DNA of 64,000 bases from an uncultured Rhodospirillaceae bacterium (GTDB lineage Bacteria; Pseudomonadota; Alphaproteobacteria; Dongiales; Dongiaceae): assembly GCA_964415425.1 (NCBI GenBank), contig CAYQAG010000002.1, positions 32,177 through 96,176 on the forward strand, in the 5' to 3' direction. A program made the translations under genes and the position numbers. Positions 1 to 9,733 of this stretch are shown piece by piece. The first letter of the stretch is position 1. Every line of letters begins with the position of its first letter. Below the pieces are notes generated by a model, which was not told the origin of the DNA, searched no databases, and saw nothing but the letters and a program-made list of their open reading frames with translations.

Positions 1-186
1 GAGGCGGCGTAAGAGCCGCGCATGACGCCCGCCGCCCGCCGCCAAATCGAGAATGCGCCGGGCATTCTGCGGCGCGGGGAACGCGCCGGCGAAATGTCGG
101 ATCCAATCCGAAGGGGGAAGATCGGCCATCGCCCGCAAGCGCGCCCTCTGGCAATTCCGCGAATGCCGGATTATATCTTTCCCGCT

Positions 187-654
187 ATGATCCGCTATGC
201 CTTGATTTGCGCGAAGGCGCACGAATTCGAAACTTGGTTCAAGGATTCGACGACGGCCGACCGGCAATTGGCGCGCCAAAGCCTCGATTGCCCGGTCTGC
301 GGCGATCGGCGCATCCGGAAGGCCATCATGGCGCCGCGCCTCGGCCCTAGCGAGGATCGCCGCGCCGTGGAATCGCCGGCGCCGCTGACGCGCAAGGAAG
401 AGGCGGCGGGCGATTCGGTCATGGCCATGCCGCCGGCGGAATGGCGCGCCCAATTGCGCGAAATGCGCCGCCGGGTCGAGGCCGATTGCGATTACGTAGG
501 CCCGAATTTCGCCGAGGAAGCGCGCAAGATCCATTACGGCGAAAGCGATCGGCGCGGCATTTACGGCGAAGCCAGCGACGATCAGCACCGCGATCTTATC
601 GACGAGGGGATCGAGATCGCGCGCATTCCCTGGCTGCCGCACGACGATGCGTAA
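187..654 (+). CDS. DUF1178 family protein (zinc-ribbon)
   Basis: MIRYALICAKAHEFETWFKDS...CPVCG...AIMAP, and C-terminal DYVGPNFAEEARKIHYGE...GIYGEA, are typical DUF1178 motifs. Start moved from ORF-track 22 to the ATG at 187. Confidence 0.85.
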   Translation: MIRYALICAKAHEFETWFKDSTTADRQLARQSLDCPVCGDRRIRKAIMAPRLGPSEDRRAVESPAPLTRKEEAAGDSVMAMPPAEWRAQLREMRRRVEADCDYVGPNFAEEARKIHYGESDRRGIYGEASDDQHRDLIDEGIEIARIPWLPHDDA

Positions 655-889
655 CCGGGATCGTCCCTAGCGCAAATCCGATTTGGAACGGGTCGCGCGG
701 CCGTCGAGGCGCATGACGAAAGCGGCAAGACTTAGCGTCGATCCCATCGGCCGCCGATCGTTAGCACGCAGCGGAAAGATAGCGAGACTCATTGCATCGC
801 AGTCCTAAGGAAAAAGGAGCCTCAGGATAAGTCAGGCGGCAAAGTCTGGGCCAGGATATCGGCGACGACTTAAAGCGGAAAGCGCGATA

Positions 890-935
890 GTGGGGCGGGA
901 GAGGGGAATCGAATCCCCGTCGTAAGCTTGGGAAG
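890..935 (-). repeat. Displaced 3' fragment of tRNA-Gly(CCC); att-like direct repeat
   Basis: gtggggcgggagaggggaatcgaatccccgtcgtaagcttgggaag matches 3066..3111 at 43/46 positions in the same orientation. Identity stops just past the anticodon loop. Confidence 0.9.
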
Positions 936-1049
936 GAGATCTGGCTTTTCTAAATCAAAAACCTGCCTATTAGCTGAAGAAATCGATTGCAAATATCTTT
1001 GCTATTATGCAGTGTATAACTGGAGTCATATTCCAAGTGGAGAAGATCT

Positions 1050-3005
1050 ATGAAAGCGGCGCCTATTGAGATTGGAACGCTATTACAGAATCGAAATCGC
1101 TATTGCGTCCCAATATATCAACGCCACTACGTCTGGGATCGTGAGAAGCAATGGGAGCCATTTTGGCAGGACATACGTACTAAAGCCATAGAAAGGCTGG
1201 CTTGTCGTGAGCGGCGATTTTCTCATTTCATGGGAGCTATCGTACTTGAAAGTCGAGGGAAGCCCTCAGTCAAGCAAGTACCTTCTTTTCAAGTCGTGGA
1301 TGGACAGCAGCGGTTAACGACATTCCAATTGTTCCTTACTGCAGCGCGACATTATGCGCAATCTATAAATCACGAAAGTGCAGTAGGTAACATCACTCGC
1401 TATGTTCTAAACAGCGACGACCATCTCATGGAAGATAAGAGCGTCGAAGTCTATAAGGTTTGGCCGACTCAATCGAATAGACAGCTATTTGTGGATATTA
1501 TTATGTCAAAAGATCGTATAACACTAAAACATACCTATAGCCATCACTGGTACGCAAATCCTAATCGTGATCAAGTCAAAGAAAACAGCACCCCGACAAT
1601 GCTGCGGGCGTATGGCTACTTCTACGATCGCATCAGGCATTCAGTGGAAACGGATGATCTGAGCGATGATCTCGTTGAAGCGCCTGAAATCGAAGATAGC
1701 GGTTCATCGGCAAGTAGTGATTTGTCATCGAGAATACTGAAGTTTGATGCAATCTGGCAGTCGCTTCTAGAAGATTTCAAAGTCGTATCAATTATACTCG
1801 ATGAGGGAGATGACGCACAAGTTATCTTTGAGACTCTGAATGATCGTGGCGAACCTCTGTTAGCCGCTGATCTTATCCGTAACAATATTTTCCAACGTGC
1901 GGATGCTCGCCGTGAGAAAGCCGAAGCTTTATTCGAGCAACATTGGAAGTTTTTTGAACATTCTTTTTGGCGTGAGTTGGAAAAGCAAGGGCGCTATAAG
2001 AAACAGCGAATCGAGTTTTTCTTTGCCAATTTTATTGCGGGCAAAATTGCAGGTGATGTCACCATCTCTAAGCTATTCTCTGAGTATAAAGCTTTCTTAA
2101 AAGCAACGCAAAACGATACAAAATCTAAATATACTACTGTGCGAGAGGAGATCCAGGATCTTGAAACTCACGGCAAGATTTATCGAGAGATTGTTGAGCG
2201 GACATCTGGTTCATCGCTCGCGATATTTTCCACTCGCCTTCGGTCTTGGGATGTCACCACCATTAATCCTCTCCTGCTTAGGCTTTGGTCTAGTAACATG
2301 AGTGATGAGGAAAAGCAGCGTTCATTAGATATTTTATTATCCCTAATTGTTCGAAGAGCAGTGTGCGGCCTTACTTCTAAAAATTACAATAATCTTTTCC
2401 TCTCAATAATTGCTGATCTCGACAGGAAAGGATGGATGTATCAAAATCTCCGTATTTATCTTCTTGCTTTGACGGCGGAGAGCGGGCGCTTTCCAAACGA
2501 TGCAGAATTTGAGAATGCAATTGTGCAAAAACCATTGTATCAATTGCTTGGATCAGCACGCGTGCGTACACTGCTCTCAGAAATCGAATTAGCGAAGCGC
2601 GGGAGTAAGCAGGAAAGTAAATCCCTGCCAGAAATTCTTGCCATTGAGCATATTATGCCACAGGAATGGCGACAGCATTGGCCCATGATCGATAATATTC
2701 AACCGACAGACTCTGATTTCCAGCAAGCAAAATATACGAGCGCAGAAGACGGTACTGTCATTGAGGCTATCCGATACCGTGATCGGCTAATCCACACATT
2801 AGGTAATCTTACGTTGGTGACGAAGTCTTTCAATAGCAGTGTTGGTAATTTAACATTTGATAGAAAGCGGAAGGAGTTTGAGGATCAATCTATTCTAATG
2901 CTGACTAAGGATTTCATAAAAAAAGAAAAATGGAGTGAAAACGAGATTGTAGAACGAAGCAAGACGCTTTCTCAATATGCGCGGCAGATATGGAGCTCGC
3001 CATGA
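1050..3005 (+). CDS. DUF262 + DUF1524 protein (GmrSD / SspE-like restriction nuclease)
   Basis: DUF262 motifs VPIYQRHYVW, VVDGQQRLTT, IFETLNDRGEPL. DUF1524 HNH-type motifs IEHIMPQ and HTLGNLTLV..SFNSSVGN. Confidence 0.88.
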   Translation: MKAAPIEIGTLLQNRNRYCVPIYQRHYVWDREKQWEPFWQDIRTKAIERLACRERRFSHFMGAIVLESRGKPSVKQVPSFQVVDGQQRLTTFQLFLTAARHYAQSINHESAVGNITRYVLNSDDHLMEDKSVEVYKVWPTQSNRQLFVDIIMSKDRITLKHTYSHHWYANPNRDQVKENSTPTMLRAYGYFYDRIRHSVETDDLSDDLVEAPEIEDSGSSASSDLSSRILKFDAIWQSLLEDFKVVSIILDEGDDAQVIFETLNDRGEPLLAADLIRNNIFQRADARREKAEALFEQHWKFFEHSFWRELEKQGRYKKQRIEFFFANFIAGKIAGDVTISKLFSEYKAFLKATQNDTKSKYTTVREEIQDLETHGKIYREIVERTSGSSLAIFSTRLRSWDVTTINPLLLRLWSSNMSDEEKQRSLDILLSLIVRRAVCGLTSKNYNNLFLSIIADLDRKGWMYQNLRIYLLALTAESGRFPNDAEFENAIVQKPLYQLLGSARVRTLLSEIELAKRGSKQESKSLPEILAIEHIMPQEWRQHWPMIDNIQPTDSDFQQAKYTSAEDGTVIEAIRYRDRLIHTLGNLTLVTKSFNSSVGNLTFDRKRKEFEDQSILMLTKDFIKKEKWSENEIVERSKTLSQYARQIWSSP

Positions 3006-3066
3006 CACGGATGAGAAGCTAAATTTTCTAGTAAGTAGACGAAAGGCTCAAGCCATGCGGCGACCG

Positions 3067-3140
3067 TGGAGCGGGTGAGGGGAATCGAACCCCCGTCGTA
3101 AGCTTGGGAAGCTTCTGCTCTGCCATTGAGCTACACCCGC
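3067..3140 (-). tRNA. tRNA-Gly (anticodon CCC)
   Basis: Reverse complement GCGGGTGTAGCTCAATGGCAGAGCAGAAGCTTCCCAAGCTTACGACGGGGGTTCGATTCCCCTCACCCGCTCCA: acceptor stem, D arm, CCC anticodon, GTTCGA T-loop, encoded CCA. Confidence 0.97.
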
Positions 3141-3171
3141 CCAGGATTTCGTCCCGGTCAGCCTGACGGAA

Positions 3172-3200
3172 TTTATAGGCGATCGTCCTCGGATCGGCAA
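3172..3200 (-). promoter_or_regulatory. sigma70-like promoter of tRNA-Gly
   Basis: TTGCCG-N17-TATAAA on the minus strand about 30 bp upstream of the tRNA. Confidence 0.65.
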
Positions 3201-3332
3201 GCCGGCCGGGCTTGGGCTTTTCGGTCACGATTGCGTGGCCGGAGGCGCTCGGCGATTGTTGCCGCCGATCGATCCCGTTAGGCTTGGATCGCGGGATCAT
3301 AGCGATCCGCGATTCGGGAAGAGGGGGAGACC

Positions 3333-4583
3333 ATGGCCCGGCCGATATCGAGCGCGTTTTCTTCGCGGCGCGATCTTCTGCGTGCCGGTGCCGGGGGCCT
3401 GGCCGCTACTCTCTTTCCCATTATTCGCGGCGCCTGGGCTTCATCCCCGCCGGCCGATTTCGCGGCAGCCTTGGCGGCGGCCAAGGGTCAGGAGGTCTAT
3501 TTCAATGCCTGGGGCGGCGATCAGCGGATCAACGATTACATCGCCTGGGCGGGAGCGGAAATCGAACGCCGCTTCGGCGTCAAGCTCATCCATGTGAAGC
3601 TCGCCGATACGGCCGAGGCGGTCAATCGCGTGCTCGGCGAAAAGGCGGCCGGGCGGATGGAAGGCGGCAGCGTCGATCTCATCTGGATCAATGGCGAAAA
3701 TTTCGCAGCGATGAAGACGCAAAATTTGCTCTTCGGGCCGATCACGCCGCTTTTGCCCAGCATGGCTTTCGTCGATCCCATCCGCAAACCCAGCACGATC
3801 GTCGATTTCACCGTCCCGACCGACGGCTTCGAGGTGCCCTGGGGCATGGCGCAACTGGTTTTCTTTCACGACAGCCTGCGTTTGCCCGAACCGCCGCGCT
3901 CCTTCGCGGCGCTAGCCGATTGGGCCAAGGCCAAGCCCGGCCGCTTCACCTATCCGCTGCCGCCCGATTTCATCGGCACCACGTTTCTGAAACAGGCGCT
4001 GATCCAAATCGTCGGCGATGCCAAGCGTCTTGCCATGCCGGCGATCGAAACCGATATCGATGTCTTCACGGCGCCGCTTTGGGCCTATCTCGACGAATTG
4101 CATCCCTATCTCTGGCAAAAAGGCCGCGCCTTTCCGCCGAATAGCGCCGATCTTCGGCAATTGCTGGGCGATGGCGAGGTCGATATTTCGATGGCCTTCA
4201 ATCCCGGCGATGCGAGTTCCGCCATCGCGCAGAATCTGCTGCCCGATACGGTGCGCAGTTTCGTCTTCGCCGGCGGTTCCATCGGCAATACGCATTTCCT
4301 CGCCGTTCCCTTCAACGCCAAGGCGGCGGAAGGCGCGCTTGTCGTCGCCGAATTCCTGCTTTCGCCCGAAGCGCAGGCGCGCAAGCAAGACCCCGCCATC
4401 TGGGGCGATCCCACGGTTTTGGAAATCGATCTTCTGGCCGAGGCCGATCGCGCGCGCTTCGCGGCGCTGCCGCTCGGCATCGCGACTCTGCCGCCCGAGA
4501 AGCTGGGGCCGATCCTTCCCGAACCGCATCCGAGCTGGGTCGAGGCGATCGAATCGCGTTGGATTCGGCGCTACGCGGGCTGA
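3333..4583 (+). CDS. ynjB: ABC transporter substrate-binding protein, YnjB-like, with Tat-like signal
   Basis: SRRDLL twin-Arg N-terminus; VYFNAWGG, DLIWINGENF, PWGMAQLVF, RFTYPLPPDF.GTTFLKQ, IGNTHFLAVPFNA motifs; GGAG RBS. Confidence 0.8.
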   Translation: MARPISSAFSSRRDLLRAGAGGLAATLFPIIRGAWASSPPADFAAALAAAKGQEVYFNAWGGDQRINDYIAWAGAEIERRFGVKLIHVKLADTAEAVNRVLGEKAAGRMEGGSVDLIWINGENFAAMKTQNLLFGPITPLLPSMAFVDPIRKPSTIVDFTVPTDGFEVPWGMAQLVFFHDSLRLPEPPRSFAALADWAKAKPGRFTYPLPPDFIGTTFLKQALIQIVGDAKRLAMPAIETDIDVFTAPLWAYLDELHPYLWQKGRAFPPNSADLRQLLGDGEVDISMAFNPGDASSAIAQNLLPDTVRSFVFAGGSIGNTHFLAVPFNAKAAEGALVVAEFLLSPEAQARKQDPAIWGDPTVLEIDLLAEADRARFAALPLGIATLPPEKLGPILPEPHPSWVEAIESRWIRRYAG

Positions 4584-4597
4584 TTTCGCGCGCTTTC

Positions 4598-6289
4598 ATG
4601 GTTCCTTCGCGCGCAGCGCCCGCCGGGGCGGTTTTCCTCTTGATCGGGTCGATGGCGATCGGACTCGCTTTTTTGGCTCTTGCCGCTTTCGGCTTCGTTC
4701 CGGGATTGGCGGAAGGCGATTTTTCTCTCGCCCCTTGGCGGAAGCTCATGGCCGATCCGCGCTTGCCGCGCGCCATTATCCATGCCGCGCTGCCCGGCTT
4801 CGTTGCCACGATTCTCGCGACGGGTCTCGCCTTGGCGCTGCTCGGCGCCATCGATCCGACCGGCAGCGGCGAGACTAAACTCGGGCGGCTCTTGCGCCAG
4901 ATCGCCAATGCGATCGTCGCCTTGCCGCATGCCGCTCTCGCTTTGGGCCTTGCCTTTCTGCTGGCGCCCGGCGGCTGGCTGGCGCGCGGGCTAGCGGCTT
5001 TCGGCGGGCCGGAGATCGTGCCGGCGGGTTTCGGCCTCGCGCATGACCCGAGCGGCAGCGCCCTCATCCTCGCGCTCGTCCTCAAGGAAACGCCTTTCCT
5101 CATCGTCATCGGCGCGATTGCGCTGGGGCAGATGCCGGTGCGGTCCTTTCTCGCCCTCGGCGCCGCGCTCGGATATCGACGCCCCATGGCCTGGACGAAG
5201 CTCATTCTACCCGAACTTTATCGGCGCCTGCGCCTTCCTATCCTTGCGGTGCTGGCCTATAGCCTTTCCGTCGTCGATATGAGCCTGATCCTCGGCCCCG
5301 ATCTCCCGCCCAGCCTGCCGGTCCTTATTCTGACCTGGATGCGCGATGCCGATCTCGCCTGGCGGGCAGTGGCGGCTTCGGGCGCGCTGCTGCATCTCGG
5401 CCTCGTGCTTCTGGCGATATCGATCTGGCTTGGCGGGGAGTGGGCGATCGCCCGCTTGCTGCGGCCCTGGCTGGTGGCGGGAGGACGCGCCTGGCCGCCT
5501 GTCGTCGCCGCGATCGGTCGGCTGGGCCTCAATGCGGCGCTTCTTCTGCTCATGCTTCTGCCCTTGGGCTCCGCGGCGGCCCTGGGACTCTGGTCCCTGA
5601 CTGGCGCTTGGCATTTCCCCGCTTTTCTGCCGCAGGATTTTTCGCTGGCCGCTTGGCAGCGCGCGCTCGACGGAATTGGACAGCCGCTCGGCATCAGCCT
5701 CGGCATTGCGGCGATGGCGACCGCGATCGCCCTCGGCCTTGCCGTCTTTTGCTTGGAGCGAGAACGCGATCTTGCGCCCGCGCAAATCGCGCGCGGCGAG
5801 TTTCCGCTTTATCTGCCGCTGCTGCTGCCCGATATCTGCTTTCTCTTCGGTCTGCAGATTCTGCTCTTCCGGCTTGGCCTCGACGGCACTTGGTTCGGCC
5901 TCGTTTGGTGCCATCTGCTCTTCGTCTTTCCTTACGTCTTCCTGGCGCTTCGCGATTCCTGGCGTGCGCTCGATCCGCGTTACGAACGCATCGCGGCCGG
6001 GCTCGGCGCCGGGCCTTGGCGGCGCCTCGTCTTCATTCGCCTCGGCCTTCTGCGACCGCATCTGGCTCTCGCCGCCGCGATCGGCATGGCAGTCAGCCTC
6101 TCGCTTTATCTGCCGAGCGTCATCGCCGGGGCCGGCCGCTGGCCGACTTTGGCGACCGAGGCCATCGCTCTTGCTTCGGGCGGCGATCGGCGCATCGTCG
6201 GCGTTTATGCCAGCCTGCAGATGGGATTGGTCATGATCGCACTCTTGGGCGCGCATCGCCTCGGCCGGCCGCGTTGGAGCCGAGGATGA
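4598..6289 (+). CDS. ynjC: ABC transporter permease with two TM modules, YnjC-like
   Basis: Hydrophobic, two permease halves (LKETPFL...; LDPRYERIAAGLGA EAA-like loop). Start uncertain (4559 or 4598). Confidence 0.78.
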   Translation: MVPSRAAPAGAVFLLIGSMAIGLAFLALAAFGFVPGLAEGDFSLAPWRKLMADPRLPRAIIHAALPGFVATILATGLALALLGAIDPTGSGETKLGRLLRQIANAIVALPHAALALGLAFLLAPGGWLARGLAAFGGPEIVPAGFGLAHDPSGSALILALVLKETPFLIVIGAIALGQMPVRSFLALGAALGYRRPMAWTKLILPELYRRLRLPILAVLAYSLSVVDMSLILGPDLPPSLPVLILTWMRDADLAWRAVAASGALLHLGLVLLAISIWLGGEWAIARLLRPWLVAGGRAWPPVVAAIGRLGLNAALLLLMLLPLGSAAALGLWSLTGAWHFPAFLPQDFSLAAWQRALDGIGQPLGISLGIAAMATAIALGLAVFCLERERDLAPAQIARGEFPLYLPLLLPDICFLFGLQILLFRLGLDGTWFGLVWCHLLFVFPYVFLALRDSWRALDPRYERIAAGLGAGPWRRLVFIRLGLLRPHLALAAAIGMAVSLSLYLPSVIAGAGRWPTLATEAIALASGGDRRIVGVYASLQMGLVMIALLGAHRLGRPRWSRG

Positions 6290-6960
6290 GCTCGCCTTCA
6301 ACCGAAAGCCCGCCTTTGGCGATGGGATTGAGTCTCCGCGACGCGGCGCTGGAAATTGCCGGGCGGCTTCTCTTCGCGCCGCTCTCTTGCGATGTTACGG
6401 CGGAACGGCCGCTGGCCTTGATGGGGCCTTCGGGCAGCGGCAAATCGAGCCTGCTCGATTGGCTGATCGGCAGCTTGCCGGCGGGTTTCGTTTCCGCCGG
6501 CCGCGCTTATCTTGATGGCACCGATCTTGCGGGTCTTCCGCCCGAAAAACGGCGGATCGGCATTCTCTTTCAGGACGATCTCCTCTTCCCGCATCTTTCG
6601 GTCGGGGAAAATCTCGCTTTTGCGCTTCCCCCTGGCCTTGCGCGCGAGCAACGGCGCGCGCGGATCGCGGCGGCGCTCGATGAGGCGGAATTGCCGGGAA
6701 TTGAGGATCGCGATCCTGCCGGCCTTTCGGGCGGCGAACGGGCGCGGATCGCCCTGATGCGCGCTTTGCTGGCCGAGCCCAAGGCCCTGCTACTGGATGA
6801 ACCCTTCGCCAAGCTCGATCTTCCCTTGCGCGCTCGGTTTCGCCGTCTTGTCTTCGAGAAGGCGAGGGCGCGGGGGCTGCCGATCCTCCTCGTCAGTCAC
6901 GACCCCGCCGATGCCGAGGCCCTGGAAGGTCAAGTTCTGAATCTCGGAAGCGGCTTTTGA
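6286..6960 (+). CDS. ynjD: ABC transporter ATP-binding protein, YnjD-like
   Basis: Walker A GPSGSGKS, LFQDDLLFPHL, LSGGE signature, LLLDEPF. ATGA overlap with the permease stop. Lies within the 5440..6960 ORF-track frame. Confidence 0.85.
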   Translation: MSSPSTESPPLAMGLSLRDAALEIAGRLLFAPLSCDVTAERPLALMGPSGSGKSSLLDWLIGSLPAGFVSAGRAYLDGTDLAGLPPEKRRIGILFQDDLLFPHLSVGENLAFALPPGLAREQRRARIAAALDEAELPGIEDRDPAGLSGGERARIALMRALLAEPKALLLDEPFAKLDLPLRARFRRLVFEKARARGLPILLVSHDPADAEALEGQVLNLGSGF

Positions 6961-6985
6961 CGATTGCCGCCGGGGCCCTTATAGT
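6957..6985 (+). promoter_or_regulatory. sigma70-like promoter upstream of lipoprotein-apaG-folE-argE
   Basis: TTGACG-N17-TATAGT. This also argues against the ORF-track start at 6957. Confidence 0.65.
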
Positions 6986-7016
6986 CACGACGATGCGAAG
7001 GAAAGCCCTGAAATTC

Positions 7017-7490
7017 ATGAGGTTATCGGTCATCCTGGGATTGTCGGTCCTGGCGCTCGGCGCCTGCACGACCGATCTTGCCGCCATTCGCGCGCTAAAG
7101 GAACCGAGCGGCGGCACGGCCTTCACCCGCGCGCTCGCTCTCGAATATCGCGATCTCGCGCTCTTCGAGGCGGACGAAATGTACGATTGGCACGATGCCG
7201 GCTATTTCGCTCGCAAGGGCCTGCGCGCCGCGAAGGGCGAGGCTTTCGCTCCCGCCGATCCGACCGGGCGCGATTTGCCGTTGGCTACCTTGCAGGAAAT
7301 TTTCCGTATCCGCGACCACCTAATGGGCGCGCTCGCCGATTCGGCGCGCGAAATCGACCCCACGCTGGCCGCGCGCGCTCAGGCGCGCTTCGATTGCTGG
7401 CTGGAACAGCAGGAAGAAAATCTACAGCCCGACCATATCGCCGCTTGCCGGGATGCCTTGCTGGATTCGCTCGGCAAATTGGCGCCGTGA
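7017..7490 (+). CDS. Putative lipoprotein, helical domain of alphaproteobacterial OmpA-family proteins but without the OmpA domain
   Basis: Lipobox LGAC; FTRALALEY, YDWHDAGYFARKG, AQARFDCWLEQQEEN.QP.HIAACR. The ORF ends directly before apaG. Confidence 0.65.
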   Translation: MRLSVILGLSVLALGACTTDLAAIRALKEPSGGTAFTRALALEYRDLALFEADEMYDWHDAGYFARKGLRAAKGEAFAPADPTGRDLPLATLQEIFRIRDHLMGALADSAREIDPTLAARAQARFDCWLEQQEENLQPDHIAACRDALLDSLGKLAP

Positions 7491-7502
7491 GCGGAGCGGA
7501 AC

Positions 7503-7895
7503 ATGTATAAATGCACGACCTCCGGCATCACGGTCATCGTCGAGCCTAGCTATCTCGACGATCAATCCTCGCCGGCCGATGGGCATTACGTGTGGAAATA
7601 TCACGTCCGCATCGAAAATCGCAGCCCCGGAATCGTGCAATTGCGCAGCCGCTATTGGCGCATCACCGATGCCTTGGGCCGCGTTCAGGAAGTGCGCGGC
7701 GCCGGCGTCGTCGGCGAGCAGCCGGTGCTGCAGCCCGGCGAGGCCTTCGAATATACGAGCGGCACGCCTTTGCAGACGCCCTCCGGCATCATGGTCGGCC
7801 GCTATCAGATGGAAGATGCCGATGGCCGCGGCTTCGAGATCGAGATTCCCGCTTTCTCGCTGGATTCTCCCTATCAACCGAAAAAGCTGAACTGA
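7503..7895 (+). CDS. apaG: ApaG (Co2+/Mg2+ efflux-associated protein)
   Basis: [53 protein letters not shown]. Confidence 0.95.
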   Translation: MYKCTTSGITVIVEPSYLDDQSSPADGHYVWKYHVRIENRSPGIVQLRSRYWRITDALGRVQEVRGAGVVGEQPVLQPGEAFEYTSGTPLQTPSGIMVGRYQMEDADGRGFEIEIPAFSLDSPYQPKKLN

Positions 7896-7908
7896 ACGGG
7901 GCCTTCCG

Positions 7909-8520
7909 ATGGCGCGCGGCAAATCCTCGAAACCCAACCAAGCCAAAGCCGAAGCGGCGATCCGCACGCTGATCCGCTGGGCGGGCGACGATCCCGAGCG
8001 CGAGGGTCTCGTCGATACGCCGGGGCGGGTCGCACGCGCCTATCGCGAATTTTTCGCAGGCTACGCGCAGGACCCTGCCGCAATCTTGCGGCGCACCTTC
8101 GAGGAGACGGACGGTTACGACGAAATGATCGTCCTCAAGGATATGCGCTTCGAGAGCCATTGCGAGCATCACATGGCGCCGATCATCGGCCGCGCGCATA
8201 TCGCCTATCTGCCGAAGAAGCGCGTGGTCGGCATTTCCAAATTGGCGCGATTGCTCGATTGCTATGCGAAGCGCCTGCAAATCCAGGAAAAGATGACGGC
8301 TCAGATCGCCAATACGCTGAACGAGGTTCTGCAGCCGCGCGGCGTCGCCGTCGTCATCGATGCCAGCCATCAATGCATGACGACCCGCGGCGTGCACAAG
8401 CCCGGCACGTCGATGGTGACGAGCCGCATGTTGGGCGCCTTCCGCAACGATCCTTCGACGCGCAAGGAATTCTTCTCGATCATCGGCCTGCCGAATGCCG
8501 GGATCGGAATCAGCTCTTGA
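7909..8520 (+). CDS. folE: GTP cyclohydrolase I
   Basis: [44 protein letters not shown]. Confidence 0.97.
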   Translation: MARGKSSKPNQAKAEAAIRTLIRWAGDDPEREGLVDTPGRVARAYREFFAGYAQDPAAILRRTFEETDGYDEMIVLKDMRFESHCEHHMAPIIGRAHIAYLPKKRVVGISKLARLLDCYAKRLQIQEKMTAQIANTLNEVLQPRGVAVVIDASHQCMTTRGVHKPGTSMVTSRMLGAFRNDPSTRKEFFSIIGLPNAGIGISS

Positions 8521-9718
8521 GCCGGGATCGATCGTGACGGCCAGCGCGATCGCCGAGGCGGCTGCCGGAATTCTCGCTCGTCTCGTCGCTTTCGATACGG
8601 TTTCCGAACGCGGCAATCGCAATATCATCGATTGGATCGCCGCCTATCTCGCCGATTTCGGCATCAATGCCGAGATCGTCGCGGCGCCGGGCCATGCCGG
8701 CCATGATCGTTTCAAGGCCAATCTCTGGGCGACGATCGGGCCGAAGCGGGATGGCGGCATCGTGCTTTCCGGTCATACCGATGTCGTGCCGGTCGCCGAT
8801 CAGCCCTGGTCGAGCGATCCCTTCGCCTTGCGCGATGGCGGCGATCGTTTCTACGGCCGCGGCACTTGCGATATGAAGGGGTTCATCGCCCTCGTTCTCG
8901 CCGCCATCCCGCATATGTTGGCGGCGAAGATATCCATTCCGCTCCATCTCGCCTTTTCCTATGACGAGGAGGTGGGTTGCCAAGGGGCACCGCATATGAT
9001 CGCCGAGATCGGACGGCGTTTCGCGAAGCCCCGCATCGCCATCATCGGCGAACCGACCGAGATGCGGCTGGGCCTGCGCCATAAGGGCGTCTTCTCCTTC
9101 ACGACGACGACCATCGGAACGGCCGGCCATTCCAGCCAGCCCGAGCGCGGCGCCAATGCCATTCAATTGATGAACGCGATCGTTGGCGAGATTCTTCGCC
9201 TCTATGAGGCGCTGAAACGGCAAGGCCCTTTCGATGCGGCTTTCGATCCGCCGCATTGCTCGCTCAATCTCGGTCGGATCGAAGGCGGGACGGCTGCCAA
9301 TATCATCGCCCGCGAATGCCGCCTCATCTGGGATTTTCGGCCGGTACCGGGTGCGGGGCCCGATCTCATCCTAGAGCCGCTTGGGAAATTCGCGGATCGG
9401 CTGAGCGCGGAATGGCGCAAGACCTTTCCCGAAGTCGCGATCGCGACCGAACCCCGCGTTGCCGTTCCGCCGCTCCGCGAGGAACACGAGGGCGCTGCCG
9501 AAGCCTTGCTGAAACGCCTCACCGGCGCCAACGAAACGGTCAGCCTTGCCTTCGCGACCGAGGCCGGGCAATTCCAGGCGGCCGGGCTTTCCGCCATCGT
9601 CTGCGGGCCGGGTTCGATCCGCCAGGCGCATCAACCGGACGAATATATTCTAAAATCGCAACTCGCCTTGGGTGCGGATTTCCTGGCGCGCTTGATCGGC
9701 TGGGCGAAGACGGGCTGA
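8495..9718 (+). CDS. argE: Acetylornithine deacetylase (M20A)
   Basis: [48 protein letters not shown]. Alternative GTG start at 8534. Confidence 0.88.
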   Translation: MPGSESALEPGSIVTASAIAEAAAGILARLVAFDTVSERGNRNIIDWIAAYLADFGINAEIVAAPGHAGHDRFKANLWATIGPKRDGGIVLSGHTDVVPVADQPWSSDPFALRDGGDRFYGRGTCDMKGFIALVLAAIPHMLAAKISIPLHLAFSYDEEVGCQGAPHMIAEIGRRFAKPRIAIIGEPTEMRLGLRHKGVFSFTTTTIGTAGHSSQPERGANAIQLMNAIVGEILRLYEALKRQGPFDAAFDPPHCSLNLGRIEGGTAANIIARECRLIWDFRPVPGAGPDLILEPLGKFADRLSAEWRKTFPEVAIATEPRVAVPPLREEHEGAAEALLKRLTGANETVSLAFATEAGQFQAAGLSAIVCGPGSIRQAHQPDEYILKSQLALGADFLARLIGWAKTG

Positions 9719-9733
9719 ATTCTCGCGCCGGAT

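Larger units (their letters stand above)
890..3111. mobile_element. tRNA-Gly-anchored genomic islet (no integrase), single cargo gene
   Basis: Bounded by the 46-bp tRNA repeat pair. AT-rich interior: hand counts of sample 60-bp lines give 28% and 48% GC versus 72% in a flanking host gene line. Confidence 0.8.

Noticed and set aside
890-935. Possible second tRNA gene
   Set aside because: Only the 3' half is present (no D arm or 5' acceptor strand) and the acceptor end is mutated; treated as an att remnant.
3028-3300. 90-aa minus-strand ORF
   Set aside because: It reads through the tRNA-Gly gene (GGCSSMAEQKLPKLTTGVRFPSPAP is the tRNA translated).
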